DNA of 63,539 bases, counting the filler, from Nemertoderma westbladi (Eukaryota > Animalia > Xenacoelomorpha), in the NCBI GenBank assembly GCA_032718475.1. It is 3 parts of 3 records of this genome, joined end to end, with 100 filler letters (N's around TTAATTAATTAA, not from the genome) between each part and the next. Parts side by side here need not be neighbours in the genome. Positions count along the whole stretch, not along the records: positions 1 to 29,223 come from JAUCBJ010002635.1; 2 more parts are not named here. One strand, given 5' to 3'. A program made the translations under genes and the position numbers. Positions 1-12,160 of the stretch are shown here, one piece after another. Numbering within the stretch: the first letter of the stretch is position 1; every line of letters starts with the position of its first letter. The notes under the pieces were generated by a model. That model was not told where the DNA came from, did no database searches, and worked only from the letters and a program-made list of their open reading frames with translations.

Positions 1-271
1 TCCAAGTTTAACTTCAAAGTAAATTTTTCGCGTAATTCAAGGAATTCCCCAGGCCGTTGATGGTTCCTTTCTGTTGTTATTTGCCGTAGGCTGGGGGTGG
101 TATGTGGGGAGTGTTAATGTTCAAATGGATTCTTATTAAAGAAGAAGAAGAATTTAAGTTGAGGCTAATGCGAATTGACTAATGTTTATGATAATGATAA
201 TAATAATATTTAAGTAGCGTAGCACTATAACAATTAAACAATTAAAACAAAATCGAATTTAATTAAATAGA

Positions 272-1001
272 CCTAGGCCGGATAGTTCTTTTTACAGAAC
301 ACAGCAGAACACAGTAGAACACAGCAGAACACAATAGAATACAGGCTGAACATAGGCGAACACAGCTGTAATTAAAATCTACACCAAAAAATAACACACT
401 TGGGAAAGTACCGGATTTAATCATACAACTGTAAGATGTCAATTACATATTTAAATTAAATGGCGGTTTTCCATATCCTCCAAAATAAATTACCTGATCA
501 CAGAGTTGCCCGATCAGCTGTTCGGTTAGGCCTGTACCTGTTACTACTCCAGCACTCTGCCTGTCAGCCTGTTCCAGTACTGTAGTATGACTAGTGCTGT
601 AGAGACATGTACAGACTGACAGACTGTACATTGTACAGGCAGACAGATGTAGGCATTTACCGGCAATTACCGGGCACAGTGTAGAGTATATTACCAATGT
701 ACTGATGTAGGCCTACTCAGCTACCGGTACTGTACTGCTGTAGAACTAACCAACTCTCCATGGTTACAGGATAATGAGAAGTAATTTATTTTGGAGGATA
801 TGGAAAACCGCCATTTAATTTAAATATGTAATTGACATCTTACAGTTGTATGATTAAATCCGGTACTTTCCCAAGTGTGTTATTTTTTGGTGTAGATTTT
901 AATTACAGCTATGTTCGCCTATGTTCCGCCTGTATTCTATTGTGTTCTGCTGTGTTCTACTGTGTTCTGCTGTGTTCTCTAAAAAGATATATCCACCTAG
1001 G
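272..1001. mobile_element. Palindromic MITE with ~220-bp inverted arms (272-493 / 781-1001)
   Basis: ACAGAACACAGCAGAACACAGTAGAAC...CCTCCAAAATAAATTAC is the near-perfect reverse complement of GTAATTTATTTTGGAGG...CTGTGTTCT; ~290-bp non-coding spacer; CCTAGG at both ends. Confidence 0.85.
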
Positions 1002-1874
1002 CCTAAAAAAACTTCTTACTCTGCTGACAGAGTTGTGGCCCAAACCCCAATTAAACATGCCATGCAACCCTAATTCAAAATTAAGTTGGCCTTAACGAAT
1101 TATCCCACCCAACCCTGCAACCTGGTACCACGGTACCGCGGTACTGTCGTAGCTGTAGCAGTGTAGGCCTACCAGTTTGAGGAATTTTTTTAGACAGTTA
1201 TGAAGGTTTTACAGCAATAATTCGTTTGAGGAAGTATTTTAAGTACCAGTAGTCTAGGCACAAGAGCGGTGGTCCCAAATGGAGGCTCTTAAATCAAAGT
1301 AATTTTTAGAAAACCGAAAAGTCAGAAAATGTTGGTTAGCCACCACAATAATAAATCAATTAACCAGCCTAGAGTCTAATGATCAGGCTATGTCAGCCAA
1401 TTACTGAATGGTGAACAGACAGTACCAAGCTAAATCCAGACTAAACCAGACCAGACTAAACAAATGCCAAATATCCCCAGCACTCAAATGCCAAATGTCC
1501 CAACCTGGGAAACTTTGATAAATATGAAAAATAGATATACAAGATTATTGTAAAGACATAATCTGTCAACTTTAACATAATACCAAATAGTTGACGATCA
1601 TTTTCATATATCCAAAAGTACCAGTGCTGATACTTATAAAAGGGGGTTTCCTGGAACACAAAAAATAAAAAATTATCGTTTTGATTGGAAAAATACAAAA
1701 TGTTATCCAGAGAATTGCCAGTTGCATTAAATTTAATAATTTTTTCAGTTTCTATATTCAGATATAGTATTATAAGTTAAGTAAAAAAGTTGTTGGAATA
1801 CACATTCAGGAAGTCCCTCTAAAGGGAAGCATGCCAAATCTCCCCACGTGCCAAATCTCCTTGGTCTCCCCTAT

Positions 1875-2870
1875 TCCGTGTCATTGTTTAATGTAAGTTG
1901 ATCGTATTGTAAGTGGATTGAAGTTAACGAGGCCGCTATGAATGATAATGTTTTTTGCCTTTTGTTGAAGATTATGCAACATTCTATAAGTTGTTTTTGA
2001 TTTGTCATTGTATTTTTTTCGCTTTCTCTTACGTCTATAATGTTTGTTTGGGTGTATGTAGGCCTACTCTATTATTTGTAAAGTCTGTGTATTTATAAGA
2101 TGTAGCTGCCCAAACTGCGGTGCAATAATATGTAGGGGCTGAACATTGTGTTGAGAGTTGCTGCCACTTGTGGTGTAATGAAATGTTTTATTTTATTGAT
2201 AATGCCGATGTTGCGACTTATTTTATTGCGTAGGTATTCGTAATGGTATTTCCATGTCAGGTTCATCTATAAGAACTCCGAGAAACTTAATAACTGTTTT
2301 CTATGGATAACAATATTGTTGATCACAATATCCATTGGTTGGTTTAGTTTAAGTGGTTTGTTCGTGGTGCGAAATATAATGTATCTAAGTTTTTTTTTTA
2401 GTGTTTAATGATAGTCTATTTAATTGAAACCATTTAGTTAAATTAAGGAGGTCGTCGTTTGTTTCAGTGATAAGTTTCTCGAGGTCCTTCCCTGTTGTTA
2501 GTAAGTTAGTATCATCTGCAAACAGAATAAATTTTGCTAATTTACACGTGTTAGTTAAGTCATTACAATAAATAATGAACAGTAGTGGACTAAGGAGTGT
2601 AGGCTACCTTGTAGCAGTCCAATTATAATTGTTTTTTCGTTGTGATTTTCCTTTTCCTACTGTCACATATTGAGTTCTGTCCGATAAGTAGGCCTAGTTT
2701 GTAATCCAGGCCAACGCAGTTTCAGAAATTCCGTAACGTTGTAATTTTTCGAGTAATATTCTGTGGTTCACAGTGCTAAACGCTTTCGATAATTCAGTTG
2801 ACCTATTGCATATTTCCCCGAATCTAGATCATTTGTAATAAGTAGGCCTAGAGCTTGTTGAGTTGATCGC
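1875..2870 (-). mobile_element. Decayed CR1/L2-type LINE reverse-transcriptase fragment
   Basis: Manual minus-strand translation gives LSKAFSTVNHRILLEKLQRYGI (~2790-2730) and LSPLLFIIYCNDL...FILFADDTNL (~2600-2500), interrupted by stops and frameshifts; boundaries approximate. Confidence 0.8.
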
Positions 2871-4949
2871 TTATTTCCAAGGTGGTTTTATAGGAAGTTA
2901 TAGCCCGCTATAGATCGTTATAGCCCGTTATAGGTGGTTCTACCTTTTAGTAGGTACCTTGTTGAACACCATTCTGACATTCTGTATATCACCAGTTTCG
3001 TAGTTTTACAATTAAGAGGGGGGGACTCCCTGTTTTTTTTTAATGTGTACTGTATATCTCCAATGTGTTTGAAAAATGCATAGAAAACTAAATACCATCG
3101 AAAAGATAATAAACCTGTATTTTTATTTTCTATTTCTGATAATTGGCAATTTTTGTAAAAAAAATTTAAAAAATCCATATTTTTTTCTAATTTTTCATAA
3201 AAAAAATTTGGAAATATTATGAAATCAAGAAAACTGGCCGAAATTTATTGCAGCTTGTGAAATTATTTAAATTAAAAATTGCAAAAAACGGTTAAGAAAT
3301 GGCCCAGGGGAGGAGTAGTATTTATTTTTCGTGTGAAAAAATGTCATTCAGAGAATTGCCTTCAAAGTTCAAACCTGCCCGCGCAAAATTGCATGTATGG
3401 GGTCTGGTTGGTTGGTTAATAGTGTCTGACAGGAAGGAAGAACACCACCGAGCTAAAATTATATTTCCGGGGTTTTCGGAGTCGCTGATTTCATTTCCGA
3501 TGTCAGTTTTAATGTTTGGTTGTATCTAGTCTGTCCGTCCGTCGGTCGGTTGTCTATCTGTCTTACATTTTGACAGACAGACAGACTACGCGTAGGTAAC
3601 ATTATTTATTGTAGGAACTCAAAGTGAAGGACGGTTCAGTATTGGATAATCTACAATGTACAGTAAGACTAATGTTCAATAGACCGCTTACCGCATATAC
3701 ATTTACGTACACCCCATCAAATTGTTCTTAACATAAAATATAAATAAAATATAATAATGCTTGGATTTGTTTAGTTGATTATTATTGGCAACTAACACGG
3801 AAGAAATGGAATTGTTATTTACAGTACATCATTTAATTATGAAATTGAGAAATATGAGTTATTAAATATTGAACCAACCAAATCTACAGTAAATGGATTT
3901 ATTTTCTACCAAAAAAACACGTACCGACCAATATACCTACATAGAATTAGTTTTCATATTTTGTACCTGAGTAAATGTTCATTAAATTCCTGAGTCATAA
4001 TTTGTATAAGTGATTTGTTAAACCAATTTTAATTATACTACAAACCTTACACGTTCGTGGAGGCCTTCGCGCAGCACGAGGCCCAGTTATGAGATACAAA
4101 TTAAAATTGAGCGACTGTATCACAAAATCAGTATTGGAGAAATTTAACCACACCGCCAATCAATCAAAGAAAGGGGGACAGTACGTGTTCAGCCCTTTTT
4201 AATCTGATGGCAGAGTGAGATTAAAAAACCGGATTATTTCATCCTCGGTTACGGTTAGTCCAGTTTGCCCGTAGCGGCAGCGATACCGAAAGTCGAGGTC
4301 AACAGACAAGTCGAGTCGATGGATGGTTGGTAGGGGTAATCCTATTGCTATTGTTGTATTGGCAGATTCCAGATTGGTATGTACATCTACATCTGATTAT
4401 ACCAGTTGCCGGTGCCGTCGGTCGTACCAATACATAGTCTTTAATTAACATGTTCTTTAAATTTGTAATGTAAATGTATTTTGTATTGTAATTTGTAATG
4501 TAAATAAAAATGTAACTTTAATTAACAATTAATTCCTGATTCAGGGATTGACATTGAGTATAGTACCGGTACAGGCAGACAGGCCACAATGGTATTACTG
4601 CAGTACTGTAATTTAGTAATTTGCTAGAAACCCAGCTGATTTAGTCTCCTAGCAACCTGCTGATGTCAAGCGTTATAATTTTGGATAAATAAATTTATTA
4701 TAACTGTAAGACAGTTAGTTACACTGGTGCTGCACGAAGGCCCCAAGCAAATTCAACTTGGAAAATTTCTAAACTTTTGACAGACTATTTGTGTACTAAG
4801 TTTGGTTACATTTCATCGAGGATTGATCGAGTTATTAACGTTCAAAATTGAACACCGCAAAAAAAGCGACAGAACGACAGGTTGATTAATGGTACCCCTA
4901 CGCTAAGGCTCACTCACTTCGTGGCTCGCCCCACATGCGACATCTACTT

Positions 4950-5225
4950 CAGTATGGTCCGAACATTTAGAGAAGCAGTAATTCCAGTATTCCTCTATGG
5001 GAGTCCATGCTGGGCTCTAACTGCTGAGGACACCAAATCTCTAGATGGCGCATTCACAAGAATGCTACGTCGGGTTCATGGTATCAAGTACAATCCACAC
5101 ATCTACAGTATCTCCAACCAAAATCTATATAACATAGGGGGTGTCTCATTGGTTCCCCAAAGCATGATAATTAAATAAAGCCGCCTCCGCTTTGCAGGAC
5201 ATTGCTTTCGCCGATAGTACCAGCC
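4950..5225 (+). mobile_element. RTE-clade LINE 3' fragment
   Basis: VIPVFLYGSPCWALT...LDGAFTRMLRRV followed by RLRFAGHCFR, the post-RT motif of RTE elements; paralogous to 25170-25350. Confidence 0.75.
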
Positions 5226-5949
5226 TGTGCACAATGAGGGGCATGTCAAATTGTCAATTGTTGATTGCATGGAGGTGGCAAAAATATTTTTGTTAAGCCA
5301 GCATAGCATCTCAGTGTGCAGCTTCAATGCAGCAGGCCGTACAGTTAGTAGTAGTGCTATAGTATAGTAGTAAGCCTACAGAATCTTCTGTATGTGCGTT
5401 CCATAAATGTGGCTAGACTGCTAAATAGTATACTGGTTGATGCAATATTTTAATTTTTGATAGAATTTGATGCAATAGCTGTTCCAGTGGTGAAAGGGTG
5501 TCAAAATTAGTCCATGCACATTATAGGAAAATCTTGAGGAATCTACAGTAATGCACACCCAACTAAACATTTCTTTAAAAAAATATTTACCGGCTAGACC
5601 GGACTGAGACGGGAGACTTATTTAACAAAAAAAATTGAGGTCTCCCTCTATGTAGTGGTAATAATGCTACACAGTATATTATTCATGTAGGCCTACAGTA
5701 GTGCACTTTAGCACTATACATGACGCCTGTAACGACACACATGGTTTATTCGATTCTCCATGGCCATTGTAGGCCTAGGCCTGTTTGTTCGCGAGAGAGG
5801 AGGGAGATTCAATGTTCTGTGGCAAAGAGGGGAGGTTTGGACTAATATTGTTCTCCATTACTACTGTAATACTGCTTGCTGTATGATGCATTTAATTATC
5901 AGTTCTCCTCTATCTCACACAAAAAGTGGTGCAATTTATACGCAGACAC

Positions 5950-6398
5950 TCGCCAGCAGACAAACGACAGCCTCCAACCGACGGCAGAAAAACTACATCA
6001 GATAAACTACAGCAGACAACCGACAGCAGACAACCGGCAGCAAACAACCGACATCATACAACCGACAGCAGACAACCGACATCAAATGACCGGCAGCATA
6101 CAACCGACGGTCCCCAGACAACAGATATCAGACAACCGATAGCAGACAACCGACATCAGACGATCGGCAGAAGACAACCGACGACAGAAAACCGACATCA
6201 GGCGACCGGCAGCAGACAACCGACTAGTTTACAAACGCCAACAGACAACCGACAGCAGACAACTGACAGCAGACAACCGACATCAGACGATCGGCAGCAG
6301 ACAACCGACGACAGAAAACCGACGGCAGACAACCGACAGCAGACAACCGACAGTATACAAACGCCAACAGACAACCGACAATAGACATCATACAACCA
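5950..6398. repeat. Degenerate GACAACC/GACAGCA (7/14-bp unit) tandem array, left part
   Basis: Repeated CAGACAACCGACAG units; continues at 9105-9745 on the other side of the LINE. Confidence 0.9.
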
Positions 6399-6399
6399 A

Positions 6400-9100
6400 C
6401 ATATAGATAGATAGATTTATTTATACATTTTGTAAAAACAATAACAACTACACCAAACAATGTACCGGTATAAAGGTATTGTCCAATATAACATATAGGA
6501 TTACCCCTAAAGCTTTGCAGCTTATTTCCAAGGGGGTCCTTTATGTTACTTGGTTACAAATACAATATTACACTACGCTAAACTAAAACCAATACAAAAC
6601 GTAATTACACTACTGTATGTACATGTACAACTTTACCAAGAACGTGACAATGTCCGACTCAACGATAAAGATGTAATGTACAGAACAATTAATTTATTAT
6701 AAAACGTAATTACAGTATAAATAGTAAATAATTAATAAACTAATAACTTACTGTAGGACTATTGTACCTATTTTTACATTGCACACGGAGGTGAGATTTA
6801 ACTGCAGATTTAAAAGAATGTTGATTATTTAGGTTTTTAATTTCATTAGGCAGAGCGTTCCAATTTTTAATGCCGTTAAAAAAGAAAGTATCAGATTCGA
6901 AGGATTTACAATTCGTGAGGTAAAAGTTTGAAGCACTATAGCTCTGGTACTGTAAGAGTGTGTATCGCGTACTCTGTTGAATTTTTGTTTTATGTAATTG
7001 GGACATTTACCATTATACACTTTATGCACATGTTAAGGCGTAGCTGCTTAACTCTACTATCTAAGTTAAGTAGTCCAGATTCAGAAAAGTCATCTGGAGT
7101 TAGGTGGTGCCTAGGTTTGTAGTCTTTATTAAATCGTACTACTTTATTCTGAGCTACTTGTAATTTACATTTAAAGCTGTTTGGTTAAGCCTTCATACCA
7201 AGAAGAGCATGCATAGTCCATGTGACACTGTATTAAAGAAGAGCAAAGTAACTTGCGGGAGTCGGTGTTTAAACTATTTTTATTTCTGTATAGTAACCTA
7301 AGCCTACTGTTAACTTTCGAGAAAATATTTTTCACTGTGCTTTCTCCTGATAAGCAGTTATCCAATGTGGCGCCTAAATATTTAACTTCCTTTTTATTTT
7401 CAATCTTATGTCCATTACTAGTGACTTCAAACCTAGTTACCTTCTTTAACTTTCTTCTGGAACGAAACAAAATACTTCCAGTCTTACCGTAGTGAATGGA
7501 CAGCTTATTATCAACCAACCACTCATTACAGGATTCTAGAACTGCACTTAACTTTTGGGAAATATGGATAGGATCTTTATGAGAGAAAATAAGAGCACTG
7601 TCGTCGGCATATAAAATCAGTTTAAAATCGGGATCTATACTACTTATCAATATCATATCATTTACATAGCATACAAAAAACAGAGGACCTAATATACTAC
7701 AGTACCTTGCGGTACACCACAGGTAATCTCTTGTACAGTAGACTGCGATTTGCTAATGACTACAGTTTGACCTCTGTCTGACAGGTAGGACTTGAACCAG
7801 TCTATAGAACCTACACCCATCAGGCCTAAATTACCAAGCAGAATTTCGTGATCTACAGTATCGAAAGCCTTTTGTAGGTCCAACATTACCATACCAGTAT
7901 TTAAACCCTTTGCGTTATTACATCTAATTGTATCAGTTAAGTTAATAAGACAGGTGTCTGTAGAATGTGATCTACGAAAACCGGACTGAAGTTCATAGAT
8001 CAGATTTAGCCTTCTAAGATGTGCTTCCAGCTGTAGAAAAACAGAACGTTCTAGAATATTATATACAATACTTAAGATACTAACAGGTCTGTAATTACAG
8101 GGTTCTACTTTACTATTCTTTTTATTCAGAGGAACAACCTTAGGTAGTTTCAGTTCGTCTGGTACTACATTATCTACGATAGAGTAATTAATAATAAAAG
8201 TAATAGGCACTTTAAGTACTTCAGCACCATCCTTAACCCTATCCATACCGGGGTATTTTAGACGCTCAAACTACCGGGGGGGGGGGACTTTTGGGGACGT
8301 AAAGTTTGGAAGCATATAACTTTGTGTGGTGTGATGATATTACTTTAAAGTTAAAAGTTTTAGATACAAAATTTATTCCTCTATCCAAATATGCCACACA
8401 CTAATGCTCAAATATAATATTTATATACTATAATTATGTTTAAATTGATTTTAAATTGATATTAAATTGATTGAATTTTAAATTTCCCTCCTACAATAGT
8501 TCAGCAATAATATGACAGTTTCAGAGACAGGTCAGTTTACGAGTCATTTTCATGGTCATAAATAATAATACGAAAAAAAATTTTTGTTTTAAGATAAAGA
8601 ATAATAAATTTTAGGAAAAGTAACGGAATTTCACTTGCAATAAATGTGGTTTGGCTTTGAACCAAGCAATCAAATAAAGTGCGTCTCCAAAAGTCCCCCC
8701 CCCCCCCCCCCGGTATGGATAGGGTTAAGAAAACGGGCAGGTATTAGGTCTAGACCGGTACTTTTTGAGGCTGATAGGCTAAGTAGATTTTGAAAAACGA
8801 AATCCTCAAAAACGGGATTTAAAAATAACTTTTCTGAATTTTGTCACTTTTCTAAATAAAAATTATTTAGAGTTTCGGACCCTATACTATATTTATTACT
8901 TGATAACGGTAACTTATTAACTAAATTAGAGGCAACATTAGTAAAATAATTATTAAATAAATTACTAACTAGAGTATGATCATGAATCAGCTCACCGTTA
9001 TCTTGCAGAACAATATTCAATTTAGATTTAAGGTTTTTATAACCTAAAGATTTTAGGGTAGACCATAGACTTTATGATTATCTTTATTCTCACTTATTTA
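6400..9100 (-). mobile_element. 5'-truncated CR1/L2-type LINE (RT region plus 3' tail) inserted into the satellite
   Basis: ORFs 7689-8246 ([30 protein letters not shown]), 7171-7656 (LYADD, KYLG) and 6740-7029 (HSYSTR, WNALP); minus-strand 3' end AATAAATCTATCTATCTAT at ~6402-6421; frameshifted. Confidence 0.9.
8237..8724. mobile_element. piggyBac-type non-autonomous element (MITE) nested in the LINE
   Basis: TIRs CCCTATCCATACCGGGG / CCCCGGTATGGATAGGG; TTAA at 8233-8236 and 8725-8728; removing it restores LINE frame [20 protein letters not shown]. Confidence 0.95.
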
Positions 9101-9104
9101 CGAC

Positions 9105-9745
9105 GGTTTACAAACGCCAACAAACAACCGACATCAGACAACTGACAGCAGACAACCGACATCAGACGACCGATAGCAGACAACTGACGACAGACAACCG
9201 ACATCAGACGACCGGCAGCAGACAACCGACGGCAGACTACCGACAACAGGCAACCGACAGTATACAAACGCCAACAGACAACCGACAGCAGACAACCAAC
9301 ATCAAACGACCGGCAGTAGACAACCGACGGCAGATAACCGACAGCATATAACCGACAGCAGACAACCGCCATCAGACAACCGACAGCAGACAACCGACAG
9401 CATATAACCAACGGCAGAAAACTAAACTGACAGTAAACGCCAACAGACAACCGACAATTGACAGCATTAAATCGACAGCAGACAACCGACATCAGACGGC
9501 CGGCAGCAGACAACCGACGGCAGACAACCGACAGCATACAACCGACAGCAGACAACCGACAGCAGACAACCGACAGCAGACAACCGTCAGCAGACAACCG
9601 ATAGAATACAACCGACATCAGACAACCGAACCGAAAGCAGACAACCGAACCGAAAGCAGAAAACGCCAGCAGACAACCGACAGCATTCAACCGACAGCAG
9701 ACAAACGTCAACAGACAACCGATAGGACAGTACAAAACCGACAAC
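9105..9745. repeat. Degenerate GACAACC/GACAGCA tandem array, right part
   Basis: Same unit and orientation as 5950-6398. Confidence 0.9.
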
Positions 9746-11007
9746 CATGTGAAGAATAAAAGTTTTTATCGAAATTTCATATGAAGAATTTGAATTTTTT
9801 TTAATTCCTCCTTATTAAATGTTTTACATTTAATACTTATCCAGTATCATATATCTGTATATAGTATTAATAGTGTTTATTAATAGTAGTTTATTATTAT
9901 AAAAATAAACATAGTAGTTTATTATTATAGTTTATTAATAGTTATGTATTGACATTCACGTGCCCTTTAAGTTGCATATCCCATCTCTAACAGCGGACAT
10001 ACCGGCCTCAAGTATGTTAGAGTAAAACAGGAGGGAAGTACACATAAATAAATATTCAGTTCGAGTATTGCTGCCAGGTGATATTAAATAAATAAATTGG
10101 AGTTGAGCTGTTGCAACTGTAATTAATGATGTAATTATGGTTTTGTTCAGAAATTGAAAAAATGAGGAAGCACGTCACCGGGGGTTGAACCAGCGCCTTA
10201 GCTAAGGTTGATTTATGCAACCGGCCCCCGATCTAAAATACCAGGTCAAGTAAATAACGTTAAGTCATTGCAACTATAATTTATTTATATATATTGTAAA
10301 TATTAACCAAACATAAATCAATAAGAGACAGGAGGGAAACTGGACGCAAAACCCGCCTTGGCGAATTAATATCCCGCCTCAATGTTATATTACTTAAATT
10401 CTCAATTTAGGGAAAGGAGCAGGTTATAGTGGCACGTTATTTTAACCAAAACAATAAACTAAACACAATAGAACAGGTTACAGTTTTATTTTTGAGAGTA
10501 ATCATATGTTATTTGAGTCGAATTTCGTGTTTAATGAATCATATAGAACTGTAGGCCAAGGTTCAGTATCTCAAGATCTTTACAACTCATTGGGAATTCA
10601 AACTGCAAAATAAATAATGAAAACGTTAAAGTAAATAATTTTATAGTAAAAAAACGTTAACATATTTATTCAGGAACTACTACAGTATTATTAATCAGGA
10701 ACTTTTCACCCAAATATAATCATATCATATTGTTTATTTATTTTACATATAGAAATGTTATACGAAATACTTTAAAGCAACCATATAGCAGAATATTTCA
10801 TAGAGATGGTGATGGAGGTCGTTAGGAATTTAGTGAAATAAAATTACACGCTTAATATTAAATTTGTTACACATTGCGTTTCGTACCTGTAGGAAGTGGT
10901 TTTACTCAGTAGAATAAAAATTAATATTATAATTAAATGTAAAAGTTAGTTTCCAACGCTACTCTATTGAAATTATTTAGTAATTTTACATAAGACTTAC
11001 AGTTTTA

Positions 11008-11658
11008 CTAAATCAAAATCTTCATTTCAACTCGAGAAGCCGGATTATTTCCAGTAAAATTACGCCATTTAGTTGCTTTCCTATTCTCCCCACCATATTC
11101 TCCGTTCAAGTTACTCAACGCCCAGGCCCTGTACCACCACGCTCCGTGATGTTCTGCGGCGACGTTTTCGGAGCCTAACTCATCGAAATTCTCGCGATCC
11201 TTGGTAGAGAATGGGAGACCGGTGTGCCACTCCAAAGCGTCACCAGCAGTACCATGGTAACCGGATATATGTAGGCGATAATTAGTTGCAGCTGATCCGA
11301 TAGAGAAGTTGTTGTATTCCGCGTATTTGTGTTCGTTGGTGTAATTCTTTTTTTTATAATTGTACATATCATTGGGATATGCAAAACCCCTTCCAGTGAA
11401 CCACAAATCGACTATCAACTTCACCCCACCTTTACTCAGCTTGTGGATCTTCTCCAACCCATACCAAAAATTGGTTTTCGGGTCGCCAAATCCATTAACG
11501 TATTCGTTCCAGGTACGGTAAAAGTCAACAGATCCATCAACTCTTTGTTGAATCTTCACCCAGCCCTGAACCGGTTCTATCGGATGACCTTTTCTTTTGT
11601 ATAACATGTTTTGGCCGGTTTGGGCGGTAGCCAGATCTACTTCTTCTAGGTCATTATC
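11008..11658 (-). CDS. Fibrinogen C-terminal domain protein (FReD, ficolin/tachylectin-like), terminal coding exon
   Basis: GWVKIQQRVDGSVDFYRTWNEYVNGFG, FWYGLEKIH, YRLHISGYHGTAGDAL, FSTKDREN, GAWWY, SNLNG and EMKI motifs; acceptor GGTTTTAG at 11659-11666 opens a phase-0 exon DNDLEEVDLATAQTGQN in frame with ORF 11008-11607. Confidence 0.93.
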   Translation of the reverse strand, partial: DNDLEEVDLATAQTGQNMLYKRKGHPIEPVQGWVKIQQRVDGSVDFYRTWNEYVNGFGDPKTNFWYGLEKIHKLSKGGVKLIVDLWFTGRGFAYPNDMYNYKKKNYTNEHKYAEYNNFSIGSAATNYRLHISGYHGTAGDALEWHTGLPFSTKDRENFDELGSENVAAEHHGAWWYRAWALSNLNGEYGGENRKATKWRNFTGNNPASRVEMKILI

Positions 11659-11750
11659 CTAAAACCATAATTATTGCGTAACTTTAGTATTCGAAAATAT
11701 TGTAGTTTTCATAATTATTAGATAAAAATATGAAGCAATTAAATTGCACT

Positions 11751-12160
11751 GTAGGTAGGCTTACTCACATATTTATTTAACAAGGCTTTGGTGGAGCAAG
11801 TGGGGTTCTTTTGGCGGTAGGTACAGTAGGCCTACTGTACTCACACATTTATTTAACAAGGCTTTGGTGGAGAAAGTGGGGGTCTTTTGGCGGTAGGTCG
11901 GCCTACTCACACATTTATTTAACAAGGCTTTGGTGGATCAAGTGGGGATCTTTTGGCGGTAGGTAGGTCTACTCACACATTTATTTAACAAGGCTTTGGT
12001 GGAGTAAGTGGGGGTCTTTTGGCGGTAGGTAGGCTTACTCACACATTTTTTGGCGGTAGGTAGGCTTACTCACACATTTATTTAACAAGCCTTTGGTGGA
12101 GCAAGTGGGGGTCTTTTGGCGGTAGGTAGGGCTACTAACACATTTATTTAACAAAGCCTT
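11751..12160. repeat. 66-bp minisatellite (~6 copies, one truncated) near the 3' end of the FReD intron
   Basis: Unit CTCACACATTTATTTAACAAGGCTTTGGTGGAGCAAGTGGGGGTCTTTTGGCGGTAGGTAGGCTTA. Confidence 0.92.

Noticed and set aside
5876-9744. Gln/Thr/Asp-rich and Cys/Val-rich ORFs (5926-6384, 9094-9744)
   Set aside because: Translations of the GACAACC satellite
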